A stretch of DNA of 64,000 bases from Macrostomum lignano (Eukaryota). Position numbers and translations under genes: made by a program. Shown one piece after another: positions 28,801 through 39,666 of this stretch. The notes beneath the pieces were generated by a model that worked only from the letters and a program-made list of their open reading frames with translations, was not told where the DNA came from and searched no databases. Location of the stretch: positions 124,001 to 188,000 of the forward strand of contig NIVC01002232.1 in the NCBI GenBank assembly GCA_002269645.1, in the 5' to 3' direction. Numbering within the stretch: position 1 is the first letter of the stretch; each line of letters starts with the position of its first letter.

Positions 28801-31800
28801 AAAAGAAAAATGGAGCTGCAGACGAGCTTGCAGAATTGGAAGGATGTTGTCGCCAAGACGAGTGCCGAGTTGGTCCAAACGGAGGGGCACATAGAGATGC
28901 GCAGCACTGCACGTCTGACAGTGATACGCAGCCTTCTTCGATGCCTGTTTAGCGACGCGGAGTTTACTAACAGCTCCATCTCCGGTCGCAAGTCACGGGG
29001 CCGTGTCTGCCTGGCAGCCAATCCGGCGAAGATTGCCACCGCGGAACTGTGGCTGTCAGCTGAAGGCGTTGACTACAGTCCGCGCGATTTTAAGCGGTCG
29101 TTTAACAGGTGCGAAGATAAATATATGAATGCTGCTTCTATAGCTTTATATTAAAGGCGCTCCGCTCCGCTCTTTAATACTCGTATAAAGCTATAGAAGC
29201 AGCGCTTAGCACCTTACCTTAGCGCTAAGGTGCAGCTAGGTTTTAACTATCCATTCCAGGTGCACTGAGACGGCTCGGAAGCGCGCCGGACAATCGGTCA
29301 GTACGACAGTAGCAAGCAGTGGACGGCGTGCTGCGGCAGCTGTAGGCAATAAAAAGCCGATACGCAAGCGCGGCGCGAAGGTAGCTGCGAAGACGACATC
29401 AACATCGGCAGCAAGCTCCTCAGCTTCAGTGGTACTCCGTGTTATCACTGAAGGCGAGGCGGATGAGGCGGAGTCGCACGCCTTGCCTATTTCCTCGATG
29501 ACGACATCTGCCAATCAAATCGTTTCAGATGTCAGTCACCTCATGGGCGACGAGCATGCTGAACGTGCTGAACAGGACATGCTGAACGTCTTGCTCGATT
29601 CGTAAACTGCAGTTAGTGTGGTACAAGGATCGTAACATTTTGGTTGTAGGATTCTAGGATTTCTGGTTCTTTAATCGGTTCTTAGGAAAAAGGAAAATTT
29701 TATGATTAAAGTCAGGATTGAAGCGGCTCTCCTTTCGGGCCGGGGACCGCTTGGCTCACCTATCCTATAATTTTTCATTTATCTTTTTTTCTCGTTTTTT
29801 TTCTGTTAAAAACCGCAATTTGCAGTTTTCTGATTCGGGGGTTTTTTGGTACTACGCACGGCAATTTCGGAGACAAAATTCGAACGTAATTATGATATGA
29901 TCACACTCGAAGGAGTGATATACAGTTTGCCTTGATCGAAGAGGTATGGCCTCTGATATACAATGAGCAACTTTTACAGTTCCACTAAACATGTAATGGA
30001 CTGTATTAGCAATAGGCTAATATTAGCAACATCATGGGAAGCTACGTGTAGTACCCTTTTTCCTCCGGGTTCGATCTTTCCAACTTGATTCCCTGTTATG
30101 TCGATCAAACCCATATATAAGTATTGCCTAAATTTATATATACATATTTTAAAGTGATGTGTTCACTTTAAATTTCAATTTTAAAACAACGTTTTGCAAA
30201 CTTAAAAGTCAACCATTTCGAGGCCGCCTTCCAAAACTACACTTGTAACACTTCTCTAGTACACTTCCTAAAGCAACGTTTTTGTGCTTTTTTGGTCATT
30301 TCGCAATTTGACAATTTACCGCATTTGTCACTCACTAGCATTAAAATATAGACTATACGTCTATATTCTGTCCCTAAGTATAAGCATTTTTGCCGCTTGG
30401 CTTCAATTTAATACAACATTTATTTCTTATATACTCGGTGAATAAACTGAAATACAATTTACAGTGCCAGTCTGGATGCCAAGAATGACGTCAAGGATGA
30501 CGTCCATTTTTGCTATTTTCACAAATTAATTGACATTATTGTGGCTACGCTATTATATTTGAGGCCTTTACTTACTTTTCTGTCCGCATTTCACCCGCTT
30601 TTAATCCGCCTGCTCGTCCGAATCGCCAAATGAAGCGATTTCGTCCGCATTTCACCCGCTTTTAATCCGCCTGCTCGTCCGAATCGCCAAATGAAGCGAT
30701 TTCGTCCGCATTTCACCCGCTTTTAATCCGCCTGCTCGTCCGAATCGCCAAATGAAGCGATTTCGTCCGCATTTCACCTGCTTTTAATCCACCTGCTCGT
30801 CCGAATCGCCAAATGAAGCGATTTCGTCCGCATTTCACCCGCTTTTCATCCGCCTGCTCGTCCGATTTGTTTAGTCAGTGCTAAAGTGAAACGGACGAAG
30901 CATCGGCAGATAAACGGATCAAACACCGGACTAACGAGCGGACGAACGTCACGTGAGGTGAAGTTTTCGTCCGCTTTCGTAACTTTTCGTCCGCTTTGTC
31001 CGATTTTCCCTTATGGAAAAAATACATTATCAACCGGACGAACTATCGGATAAGTGAGCGGACGAAAGAACCGGATTAAAGTCCAGGCGGGATGTGGGCA
31101 GACAGCGAGTCTGCCGAGTCAGATTTAAGTTCTAACTCGGACACCGACTGGCGTCCGCCCCAGGGTTTTTTAACTGAAGCACCAAGTGCCAGGAAAAGGT
31201 CTCGAGAAGACAGTGACATTGACAGTGAATGATAGTTAAATTATTAAAGGAGGAATGTGCTGGATAGCAGTTAAAGTACCTTTTCATAATTTAAGACTGA
31301 TCTTAATTAGAATGCACGATGGAATATCTCAGAATCGGTAGTGGGATCTTAAAAATTGTCATTTGTTTGTAACATATAAAAAATTTTACACCGAATGGAA
31401 ACAAATAATATAAAAACTGTTCTTATTCCCTTTCTTCCTGAAAATTATTTGATGATTAGGAGATGGTATGCATTTTCAGTTAATGGTCAATAACCGGTCA
31501 TTATACTGTGCAGGATGGTGCAACTACGCTCACGAAAGCGAGCTGCGCAGCTGCGCTCCAGGGTGGGTCCGATTAAGCATAATGTCTTCATCATACTACT
31601 AAGAGTAGAATCAAGTGAATTTGTGCTGCCTAAAAATGTTACCGTACGCTCAGCGCCGGGCGCGGCGCCGACTTGGCGAGATCCATACAGTACGGCGCAA
31701 TGTCGCCCCGAATTAAGCGCCGCCGTCTGCGTACGGTTAGGCGTACTAAAAATCCCCACTGGGTAGATTAGAGATTATAGCATTTGGAGATTAAGGATTA

Positions 31801-32639
31801 GCATTCGCAGATTGGGGATTAGCATTCGCAGATTAGGGATTAGCATTCGCAGATTAGGGATTAGCCTTTGAAGATTAAGGATTAGCATTCGCAGATTAGG
31901 GATTAGCATTCGTAGATTAGAGATTAGAATTCGCAGATTAAGAATTAGCATTCGCAGATTAGGGATTAGCATTCGCAGATTAGGGATTAGCATTTGAAGA
32001 TTAAGGATTAGCACTTGAAGATTAGGGATTAGCACTTGAAGATTAAGAATTAGAATTCGCAGATTAAGAATTAGCATTCGCAGATTAGGGATTAGCACTT
32101 GAAGATTAAGGATTAGCATTCGCAGATTAGGGATTAGCAGTTGAAGATTAAGGATTAGCATTCGCAGATTAGGGATTAGCATTTGCAGATTAGGGATTAG
32201 CATTCGCAGATTAGGGATTAGCATTCGCAGATTAGGGATTAGCAATCGCAAATCAGGAATTCCCTAACGCACTTACCCAGTTGTCTTTGCCCTCAGCGTG
32301 CTTCAGCAACAGCTGCTGCAGTTTGTCGCCCATGCCGGACTGTTTAAAATCAGTCACCAGACGGGACGCCTCCGCCAACTCCTCCTCCGTGGCGATCGGC
32401 GCTAAAGTGCGCATGTACTTGTCTAAAGTGGCCTCCAGAGACGGCACCGGCAGAGGCGGCAGTCCGGCCTGGGATTGGAGGAATCGCCTGCGAAGATCCG
32501 CTTGAGCAGCTGGGCTCAAATTCAGCCCCGGACTGAGCGCCGAGGGCATGGCGGAGGCGGCGGCTGTGGTGGCGACCGCTCGACTGCGCTGATGAAGGAG
32601 CGCCGCTGATCGACAGAGCTGGACAATGGGGAGACGGGC
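13839..32639 (-). CDS. CRAT: Carnitine O-acetyltransferase. Coding exons 32639-32277, 18855-18436, 17739-17419, 16711-16382, 15576-15427, 14267-13839; the first exon for the mitochondrial presequence was not located
   Basis: Choline/carnitine acyltransferase motifs: LPPLPVPSLEATLDKY, NW|LTDWW...AYL, NRFFDKTLQ|LI, EHSPAEG (catalytic His), SPDAYFQ|VALQLAY, TYESGSLRRFRLGRTDTIR, GQGIDRHLLGL, FGPVVPDGYGVCY. All five introns are GT-AG and phase 0. The C-terminal AKL is a PTS1 signal, as in vertebrate CRAT. Confidence 0.93.
14395..14940. repeat. 22/23-bp minisatellite cagtgccatttgttgaagatcgg in the last CRAT intron
   Basis: About 24 tandem copies. Confidence 0.92.
15075..15350. repeat. Inverted, more degenerate array of the same 22-bp unit (aaaatggcactgctgatcctca)
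   Basis: aaaaatggcactg is the reverse complement of cagtgccattttt from the 14395-14940 array. Confidence 0.8.
15705..16285. repeat. Degenerate short-unit repeat (ttcaggcaacc / ttcagtcc), intronic
   Basis: Units directly visible. Confidence 0.85.
16818..17340. repeat. 38-bp minisatellite aataacagtggaacaaagacctattcagaatctaaaag, intronic
   Basis: About 13 near-identical copies. Confidence 0.95.
17788..18415. repeat. 22-bp minisatellite tgacagtagctgtgcaggtgtc, intronic
   Basis: About 28 copies. Confidence 0.95.
20173..21945 (+). pseudogene. Spliced accessory gene of the outer element, DUF4806-like; disrupted by a frameshift, a duplication of about 150 bp and the nested insertion; C-terminal tail resumes at 31092-31231
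   Basis: A coiled coil is followed by WPISSWNEYINFATAL, a donor TTG|gtgagt, and then AGG...DSLRAMLDLTLTPELQAAVNFIGTG, resembling the DUF4806 P(I/L)xS/TxEE...GG...NxxG pattern as recalled. Removing the inner element joins cttaat-AT-gtgggcagac, which reads NMWADSESAESD...RKRSREDSDIDSE*. Confidence 0.5.
22738..25756 (+). pseudogene. EnSpm/CACTA-type (Tnp2/Transposase_21-like) transposase with an intron, a frameshift near 23740 and an in-frame TAA at 25013-25015
   Basis: Motifs CxxC...CxxC, TFCADGFSLF, CPVYL.VNE, DAPARADALCMKRF..KFGCDKC, CYLHQLEAG, HELEMWLL, and TYNAHQ..H.LPH....GPL....AGLFES. The ORF starting at 25025 is in frame with the ORF ending at 25015. Probable exon 1 starts at ATG 22738. 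A 27-bp (AAAQSSDED)n repeat lies at 23200-23430. Confidence 0.85.
26212..27054 (+). CDS. Two-exon accessory gene of the nested element (26212-26694, 26788-27054), function unknown
   Basis: GT-AG phase-0 intron 26695-26787 (CAG|gtaaga ... tgtag|GAA) joins two open frames seamlessly: AEVAVQ|EYREAMDEL. Confidence 0.55.
27442..29154 (+). CDS. Two-exon accessory gene (27442-28231, 28349-29154): basic N-terminus, (AVSAPPA)n, coiled coil and C-terminal BEN-like domain
   Basis: Phase-1 intron C|gtgaga...gcacag|GT joins the frames (ETLRTELRKK). RSLLRCLFSDAEFTNSSISG...ANPAKIATAE resembles the BEN-domain consensus LLxxLFSxEELxxSSxxG...LDPxKLxAI. Confidence 0.6.
31775..32250. repeat. 21-bp minisatellite attagcattcgcagattaggg, intronic
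   Basis: About 22 copies directly after the transposon right end. Confidence 0.93.
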
Positions 32640-32789
32640 CTGGAAACAGGTGTGGTGACGCTTGAGCTGGGAGACTGGAACTGCGTGTGAGAAACTAAAT
32701 TCTACGTGACTGAATCACCTTGAGGTGTCTCAGATAAGCCCACAAGAGTCTCAAATCAGCCCCAGATGTTTCAGGTTAGCCATAGATGC

Positions 32790-33900
32790 CTCAAATCAGC
32801 CCCATATGTCTCAAATCAGACCCATATGTCTCAAATCAGACCCAGGTGTCTCAAATCAGACCCAGGTGTCTCAAATCAGACCCATATGTCTCAAATCAGA
32901 CCCATATGTCTCAAATCAGACCCATATGTCTCAAATCAGACCCAGGTGTCTCAAATCAGACCCATATGTCTCAAATCAGACCCATATGTCTCAAATCAGA
33001 CCCATATGTCTCAAATCAGACCCAGGTGTCTCAAATCAGCCCCATATGTCTCAAATCAGACCCATATGTCTCAAATCAGATCCATATGTCTCAAATCAGA
33101 CCCATATGTCTCAAATCAGACCCATATGTCTCAAATCAGACCCATATGTCTCAAATCAGACCCATATGTCTCAAATCAGACCCATATGTCTCAAATCAGA
33201 CCCAGGTATCTCAAATCAGACCCATATGTCTCAAATCAGACCCAGGTATCTCAAATCAGACCCAGGTGTCTCAAATCAGACCCATATGTCTCAAATCAGA
33301 CCCATATGTCTCAAATCAGACCCATATGTCTCAAATCAGACCCAGGTATCTCAAATCAGACCCAGGTGTCTCAAATCAGACCCATATGTCTCAAATCAGA
33401 CCCAGGTATCTCTAATCAGACCCAGGTGTCTCTAACCAGCCCCATGTGTCTCAGGTTAGCCATAAGTGTTTCAAATCAGTCCCAGATGTCTCAAATCAGT
33501 CCCAGGTGTCTCAAATCAGTCACAGGTGTCTCAAATCAGTCCCAGATGTCTGAAATCAGTCCTAGATGCTTCTATTAGCCCCAGGTGTCTCAAATCAGAC
33601 CCAGGTGTCTCTAACCAGCCCTGTGTCTCACGTTAGCTATGTGTCCCAAAAACAGTCCCAGGTGTTTTACAGCAGCTACAGGTGTTTCAAATCAGTCTCA
33701 GGTGCCTCTCATTAGCCCCAGGTGTCTCAAATCAGTCCCAGGTGTCTTAAATCAGATCCAGGTGTCTCAGATAAGCCCCATGTGTCTCAACTCAGCCCAG
33801 GTGTCTCAGATTAGCCCCAGGTGTCTCAAATCAGCCCCAGGTGTCTCAACTCAGCAACATGTGTCTCAGATTAACTTCTATATGCTACAGATTAGTCCCC
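32790..33900. repeat. 20-bp minisatellite tctcaaatcagacccatatg, degenerating toward 33900
   Basis: Tandem copies visible. Confidence 0.92.
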
Positions 33901-34479
33901 ACGTGTCTGAAACCAGCCACGGCTTAGAAGTCTGGGAAAGCGGAACCAGCTAACTACAGATTAAGCGCTACTTCATGAGTAGTTAATTAAGTAATTAGGA
34001 AGCTTTGTGTTAAAAAGCTTAATTAATAAAAAAATCATGTAATAAACATGTAACAAATTAATCAAAAATATAACGTTGCCTTTTAATAACGAAAAAACAA
34101 TTGAATAGTAGGCGCGCACTTAACAATCTTTTTTTAGAAGAAAAAAACTGTTATTAACTTCTTTACGACGCACTCGTGTTAGTCTTACTTGTTTTAAATA
34201 AAATACTCAAACTAGCTACTCACTGAGTAGGCGGGACAAACCGAGCTTGCCACTACAGCGGAGGCTTTTGCAAACCGATGAAGCAACTGGTGAAGAGCGA
34301 ACGGGTGCGATTAAAGCTACATGACAAGTACATGACCCACAAAGTGTACACTTGAAACTTTTTAAACTAGAAGTGGATAATTAACTTTAGTGTGGGAGTT
34401 ACAAGGGATGCAACTAAGAGCTAAGGTAAATTCCTACACGAGACCACTATTTATCCAAAAACAAAACAAATTCCACAAG

Positions 34480-35425
34480 AATCCGAGTCAAGGATTTATA
34501 TAAGAAGAACGACAATCCCAGTCAAGAATCCAGTTATAAAAGAAGGGGAATTCCAGTCAAGGATCTATTTGAAAAAGAAGGGGAATTCCCGTCAAGGATC
34601 TGTTTGAAAAAGAAGGGAAATTCCAGTCAAGGATCTATTTGAAAGGAGAAATTCCCGTCAAGGATCTGTTTGAAAAAGAAGGGAAATTCCAGTCAAGGAT
34701 CTGTTTGAAAAAGAAGGGGAATCCCACTCAAGGATCTATTTAAAAAGGGAAATCCCGGTCAAGGATCTGTTTCAAAAAAAGGGAATTCCAGTCAAGGATC
34801 TATTTAAAAAGGGGAATAGCAGTCAAGGATCTGTTTCAAAAAGAAGAGGAATCCCAGTAGAGGATCTATTTGAAAAGGGGAATCCTAATCAAGGATCTGT
34901 TTGAAAAAGAAGGGGAATCCCACTCAAGGATCTATTTAAAAAGGGAAATCCCGGTCAAGGATCTGTTTCAAAAAAAGGGAATTCCAGTCAAGGATCTATT
35001 TAAAAAGGGGAATAGCAGTCAAGGATCTGTTTCAAAAAGAAGAGGAATCCCAGTAGAGGATCTATTTGAAAAGGGGAATCCTAATCAAGGATCTGTTTGA
35101 AAAGAAGGGGAATCCTAGTCAAGGATCTACTTAAAAAGGGAAATCCCAGTCAAGGATCTGTTATAAAAAGAAGAGAAACCCATTCAAGGAATTATATAAA
35201 AAGAACGGAAAACCCAGTCAAGAATCCAGTTAAAAAGAAGGGGAATCCCAGTCAAGGATCTATTTGAAAAGGGAAATCCCAGTCAAGGATCTGCTTCAAA
35301 AATAAGGGGAATCCCAGTCAAGTATCTGTTTCAAAAAGAAGGGGAATCCCAGTCAAGGATCTATTTGAAACAAAGGGGAATCCCGGTCAAGGATCTATTT
35401 AAAAAAAAGGGAATCTCAGTCAAGG
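34480..35425. repeat. About 30-bp degenerate tandem repeat with core gggaatcccagtcaaggatct
   Basis: About 28 degenerate units. Confidence 0.85.
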
Positions 35426-36047
35426 ATCTACATGTAGTTAAAGGGGATCTATCAGTATCAACAAAATGGAAATAATATCAGGTCAGAGACACGAATCGAA
35501 GTTGTCTCAAAGCGCAAACATGCGCAAATTTTATTATCACACAAAGTCTGCTAATAGATTTTCCATAAATACACAGAAAATAGAGGCAACGTATCATAGC
35601 TCCGTTAAGCATTGTGTTTGTTAATAAAAATATCTATACAGAGATAGAAAAATAGAATATAAATATGTTTATAAAAAAGTTTAACATCTTTTCTAAAGTA
35701 GAAAATTTTGGAAAAAATAGACAAAAACTATATAAATATATCTAGACATAAGTAGTATATAAAGACAGACACACACAGAGGTGTTGCGCTGAAAAAAACG
35801 ACGCGAAATGACTCAATGAGGCAGGCAATTATTATTCAAAAAACTTTAAAATTACGTGGCTCAAGCCGAATGGACGGACTGAAGCGTGCAGCTTGCGGTG
35901 CCGACTAAAACAAAATAATTTTTTTCTGCGGCTGGTTGCTGAAAATACAGCTGACGATAAAATAGCAGGTTATAAATATAGCTTACTAATTCGATGAGCC
36001 ATGAGTTCTTTGATAGTTGAGCAACAGGTGGCACGGGGTGCTGGACA

Positions 36048-36058
36048 GACAGGCAGAC

Positions 36059-36091
<33 letters not shown>

Positions 36092-36186
36092 TAGCCAGGC
36101 ATACAGACACACACACAGACAGACAGACAGACAGACAGACACACAGACAGACAGACAGACAGACAGACACACAGACAGACAGACAC

Positions 36187-36217
<31 letters not shown>

Positions 36218-36250
36218 CACAGACAGACAGACAGACACACAGACAGACAC

Positions 36251-36301
<51 letters not shown>

Positions 36302-36302
36302 C

Positions 36303-36357
<55 letters not shown>

Positions 36358-36378
36358 CACAGACAGACAGACACACAC

Positions 36379-36409
<31 letters not shown>

Positions 36410-36510
36410 CACAGACATACAGACGGGCAGACAGACAGACAGACAGACATACAGACACACAGACAAACAGACAGACAGACATACAGACAGACAGACAGAC
36501 AGACAGACAC

Positions 36511-36557
<47 letters not shown>

Positions 36558-36644
36558 CACAGACAGACAGACAGACAGACACACAGACAGACAGACACAC
36601 AGACAGACAGACAGACAGACAGACACACAGACATACAGACGGGC

Positions 36645-36689
<45 letters not shown>

Positions 36690-36720
36690 TACAGACAGAC
36701 AGACAGACAGACATACAGAC
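36048..36720. repeat. (AGAC)n microsatellite
   Basis: Directly visible. Confidence 0.97.
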
Positions 36721-37344
36721 GGGCATGCACGCAGATGTAAAAAGTATGCAGGAGAAGTGAACAAAAAGCGTGCAAAAAGTCTCCAATAAAAAGGACGCAA
36801 ATCTGCGCAGAGAATGAAGCAGAAGCCTGTATCTACGAGCGCAATAGAAAAATCAGTTCAAAAAATCTGCAAACGACAATCTTATGCCTAGAAATAAAAT
36901 CATATTAGCACGCACACTCTTTTCCTTTGCATTATTGATAAAGAATCTTATCGAATTCTTTATCGTAGTGTTTCAGACCTTGCCTACACATTTAAACTAC
37001 TCAGTAGTAAGTAGCTTAAACGAACATTTCTAGAAAAGTTCAGAAGTTCGAGGCAAAACTACAATAACCTAAATCAGAGAAAAAATCTTCTAGGACAGAT
37101 TGGACAGAAAAAGATGGTAAAAGTTTAAAAAGTTTTTAAATCACAATATTGCACCGAACAAGGCTCTTTATATCGAGAAATTGTTTTTTTACAGCAAATT
37201 AATAAAAAGGCAAATGAAATTAAGCATGATATGCATTGAGAGAAGTGGGAATAGAGATCAGGAAGAGAGCGGTTACAATAAAGAATTATACTAGAATTGA
37301 ATACATTTTTAGCATAAATATATTCACAACTGTTTGACATTTGA

Positions 37345-38485
37345 TTCTCTCAGTGGATCATAGGGCGATTTTCTCAGTGGGTCATGTAGCGATTTTCTCA
37401 GTGGGTCATAGGGTAATTTTCTCAGTGGGTCATGTAGCGATTTTCTTAGTGGGTCATAGGGTAATTTTCTCAGTGGGTCATAGGGCGATTTTCTCAGTGG
37501 GTCATAGGGCGATTTTCTTAGTGGGTCATAGGGTGATTTTCTCAGTGGGTCATAGGGCGATTTTCTCAGTGGGTCATGTAGCGATTTTCTCAGTGGGTCA
37601 TGTAGCGATTTTCTCAGTGGGTCATAGGGTAATTTTCTCAGTGGGTCATGTAGCGATTTTCTTAGTGGGTCATAGGGTAATTTTCTCAGTGGGTCATAGG
37701 GCGATTTTCTCAGTGGGTCATAGGGTAATTTTCTCAGTGGGTCATGTAGCGATTTTCTTAGTGGGTCATAGGGTAATTTTCTCAGTGGGTCATAGGGCGA
37801 TTTTCTCAGTGGGTCATAGGGTAATTTTCTCAGTGGGTCATGTAGCGATTTTCTTAGTGGGTCATAGGGTAATTTTCTCAGTGGGTCATAGGGCGATTTT
37901 CTCAGTGGGTCATAGGGCGATTTTCTTAGTGGGTCATAGGGTGATTTTCTCAGTGGGTCATAGGGCGATTTTCTCAGTGGGTCATGTAGCGATTTTCTCA
38001 GTGGGTCATAGGGCGATTTTCTCAGTGGGTCATAGGGCGATTTTCACAGTGGGTCATAGGGCGATTTTCTCATTGGTTCATAGGGCGATTTTCTCATTGG
38101 TTCATAGGGCGATTTTCTCAGTGGGTCATAGGGCGATTTTCTCAGTGGGTCATAGGGCGATTTTCTTAGTGGGTCATAGGGCGATTTTCTCAGTGGGTCA
38201 TAGGGCGATTTTTTCAGTGGGTCATGTAGCGATTTTCTCAGTGGGTCATACGGCGATTTTCTCAGTGGGTCATGTAGCGATTTTCTCAGTGGGTCATAGG
38301 GCGATTTTCTCAGTGGGTCATGTAGCGATTTTCTCAGTGGGTCATAGGGCGATTTTCTCAGTGGGTCATAGGGCGATTTTCACAGTGGGTCATAGGGCGA
38401 TTTTCTCAGTGGGTCATAGGGCGATTTTCTCATTTGGGTCATAGGGCGATTTTCTCAGTGGGTCATAGGGCAATTTTCTCAGTGG
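37345..38485. repeat. 24-bp minisatellite attttctcagtgggtcatagggcg
   Basis: About 47 copies. The IFSVGHRA ORF is a repeat artefact. Confidence 0.95.
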
Positions 38486-38544
38486 CTCACTAAAATCAAC
38501 ACAAAAAATGGGCACAATGCCGAAAAAACAGCTGCGCAGAGTTA

Positions 38545-39666
38545 CTAAGCGGCCAGACCTCCGGGAGGCGGCGGTCCCCGCCGGTGCCTCGGAGGCGGCG
38601 AAGTTGAAGCACTTCGAAGCGGCCTGGCGTAGCCGCCGGCTCCGCTATTCGATGGCTTCATCGAGGACGCAGCGGCAGGCGGAGGCTGCGGCAGCGGCGG
38701 CGGCGGCGGCGGCGAGAACAGGTGCCTGCCAACCGGTTTCATCGGCAGGCCGCGCCTCTCAGCTTTGAAGCGTTCCCGTTCGCGGGCATTTTTTGCCGCC
38801 TCGCGTAGGCGTCTGCGTGCCGAATCGCGCGGCAAATTGATTGCAGCTGAAGCTGATGATGAAGAGCACGGAGAATTAGCTATGGAGGAATTCTTGCTGC
38901 TCACTACTAATACGCTGGTGCCCGAGGAGAGCCGGTCGCGCAGTAGAAACAATGGCTGCTCCTGCAAAATTGGATTTGGGTGGAAATTTAAACATTTTTT
39001 ATTCCGCAGAACGACAGAGCGGCCCATACATGCGCAACTGCTGGCCGACCAGGGGTAAATTGCAAAAATAACCACCCGACACAATATACGTAGTACTAAT
39101 TAGATGACGAGACATTTAGCCTCTATAAGACAGTCATAGCTACTCCTGCCGTTTACCCAAAATTGCGGGTTTCTTTCACAGCATTTTTGGTAAAAAAAGA
39201 AAGCCGCATGGCCAGTGTAAATCAGGGGGGTTGCGCATGATGGAGCGGCGGCGCCTATCCGGCCCAGGCTCGATTCAAAGTGCAGTCACATTAATTTGGG
39301 GTTAAATTGGAATCTCGGCTTGGCTCTGCACGTGCAACTAACCAACCCTCGAAACACAGTGAAGTGTACATGCCTTAACGATAAATAAAGTTAGGGCCGC
39401 TGTACCCTCCTGTGTGAGTGTGTGCCTGTGCGTATGGAAATTAATCCCTATAACAAGCTTACTTGAACCCGAACTTGTTGCTGAGCCTGCTGAGGTTGAG
39501 CTGACAGCAGAGGCGAACTGGCTCTTCTACGGCGCGCAGAAGTGGAATCATCAATAATGAGCAATGTTGCAGTTGTAGTGGTTGACACCGATGTTGATGC
39601 TGGCATTGATACAGTTGCTTTGGAGCCAAGTGGCAGATTTGACAGAGCCTGGCTGCCAGCCGCCAT
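38545..39666 (-). CDS. Possible two-exon host gene (39666-39463, 38961-38545), low-complexity protein of about 206 aa
   Basis: ATG at 39666, donor CAA|gtaagc and acceptor ttttgcag|GAG are both phase 0. The sequence is GC-rich and exon-like, but no domain was recognised. Confidence 0.4.

Larger units (their letters stand above)
21946..31091 (+). mobile_element. Nested EnSpm/CACTA-like (CMC) DNA transposon, 9146 bp
   Basis: Perfect 14-bp TIR CCCGCCTGGACTTT (21946-21959 / 31078-31091) with a 2-bp AT TSD. TCCG-rich subterminal repeats at both ends (21960-22270, 30580-31075), including about 4.5 copies of a 61-bp unit. Transposase inside. Confidence 0.9.
18902..31763 (+). mobile_element. Outer CMC/EnSpm-like DNA transposon (CCC termini, 2-bp TA TSD); about 3.7 kb without the nested insert and no transposase of its own detected
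   Basis: Left end TA|CCCAGTGGGGA at 18902; right end TCCCCACTGGG|TA ending at 31763. A subterminal motif is shared in inverted orientation (tagtatgcctaaggtacgc vs tagtacgcctaaccgtacgc). Confidence 0.75.
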
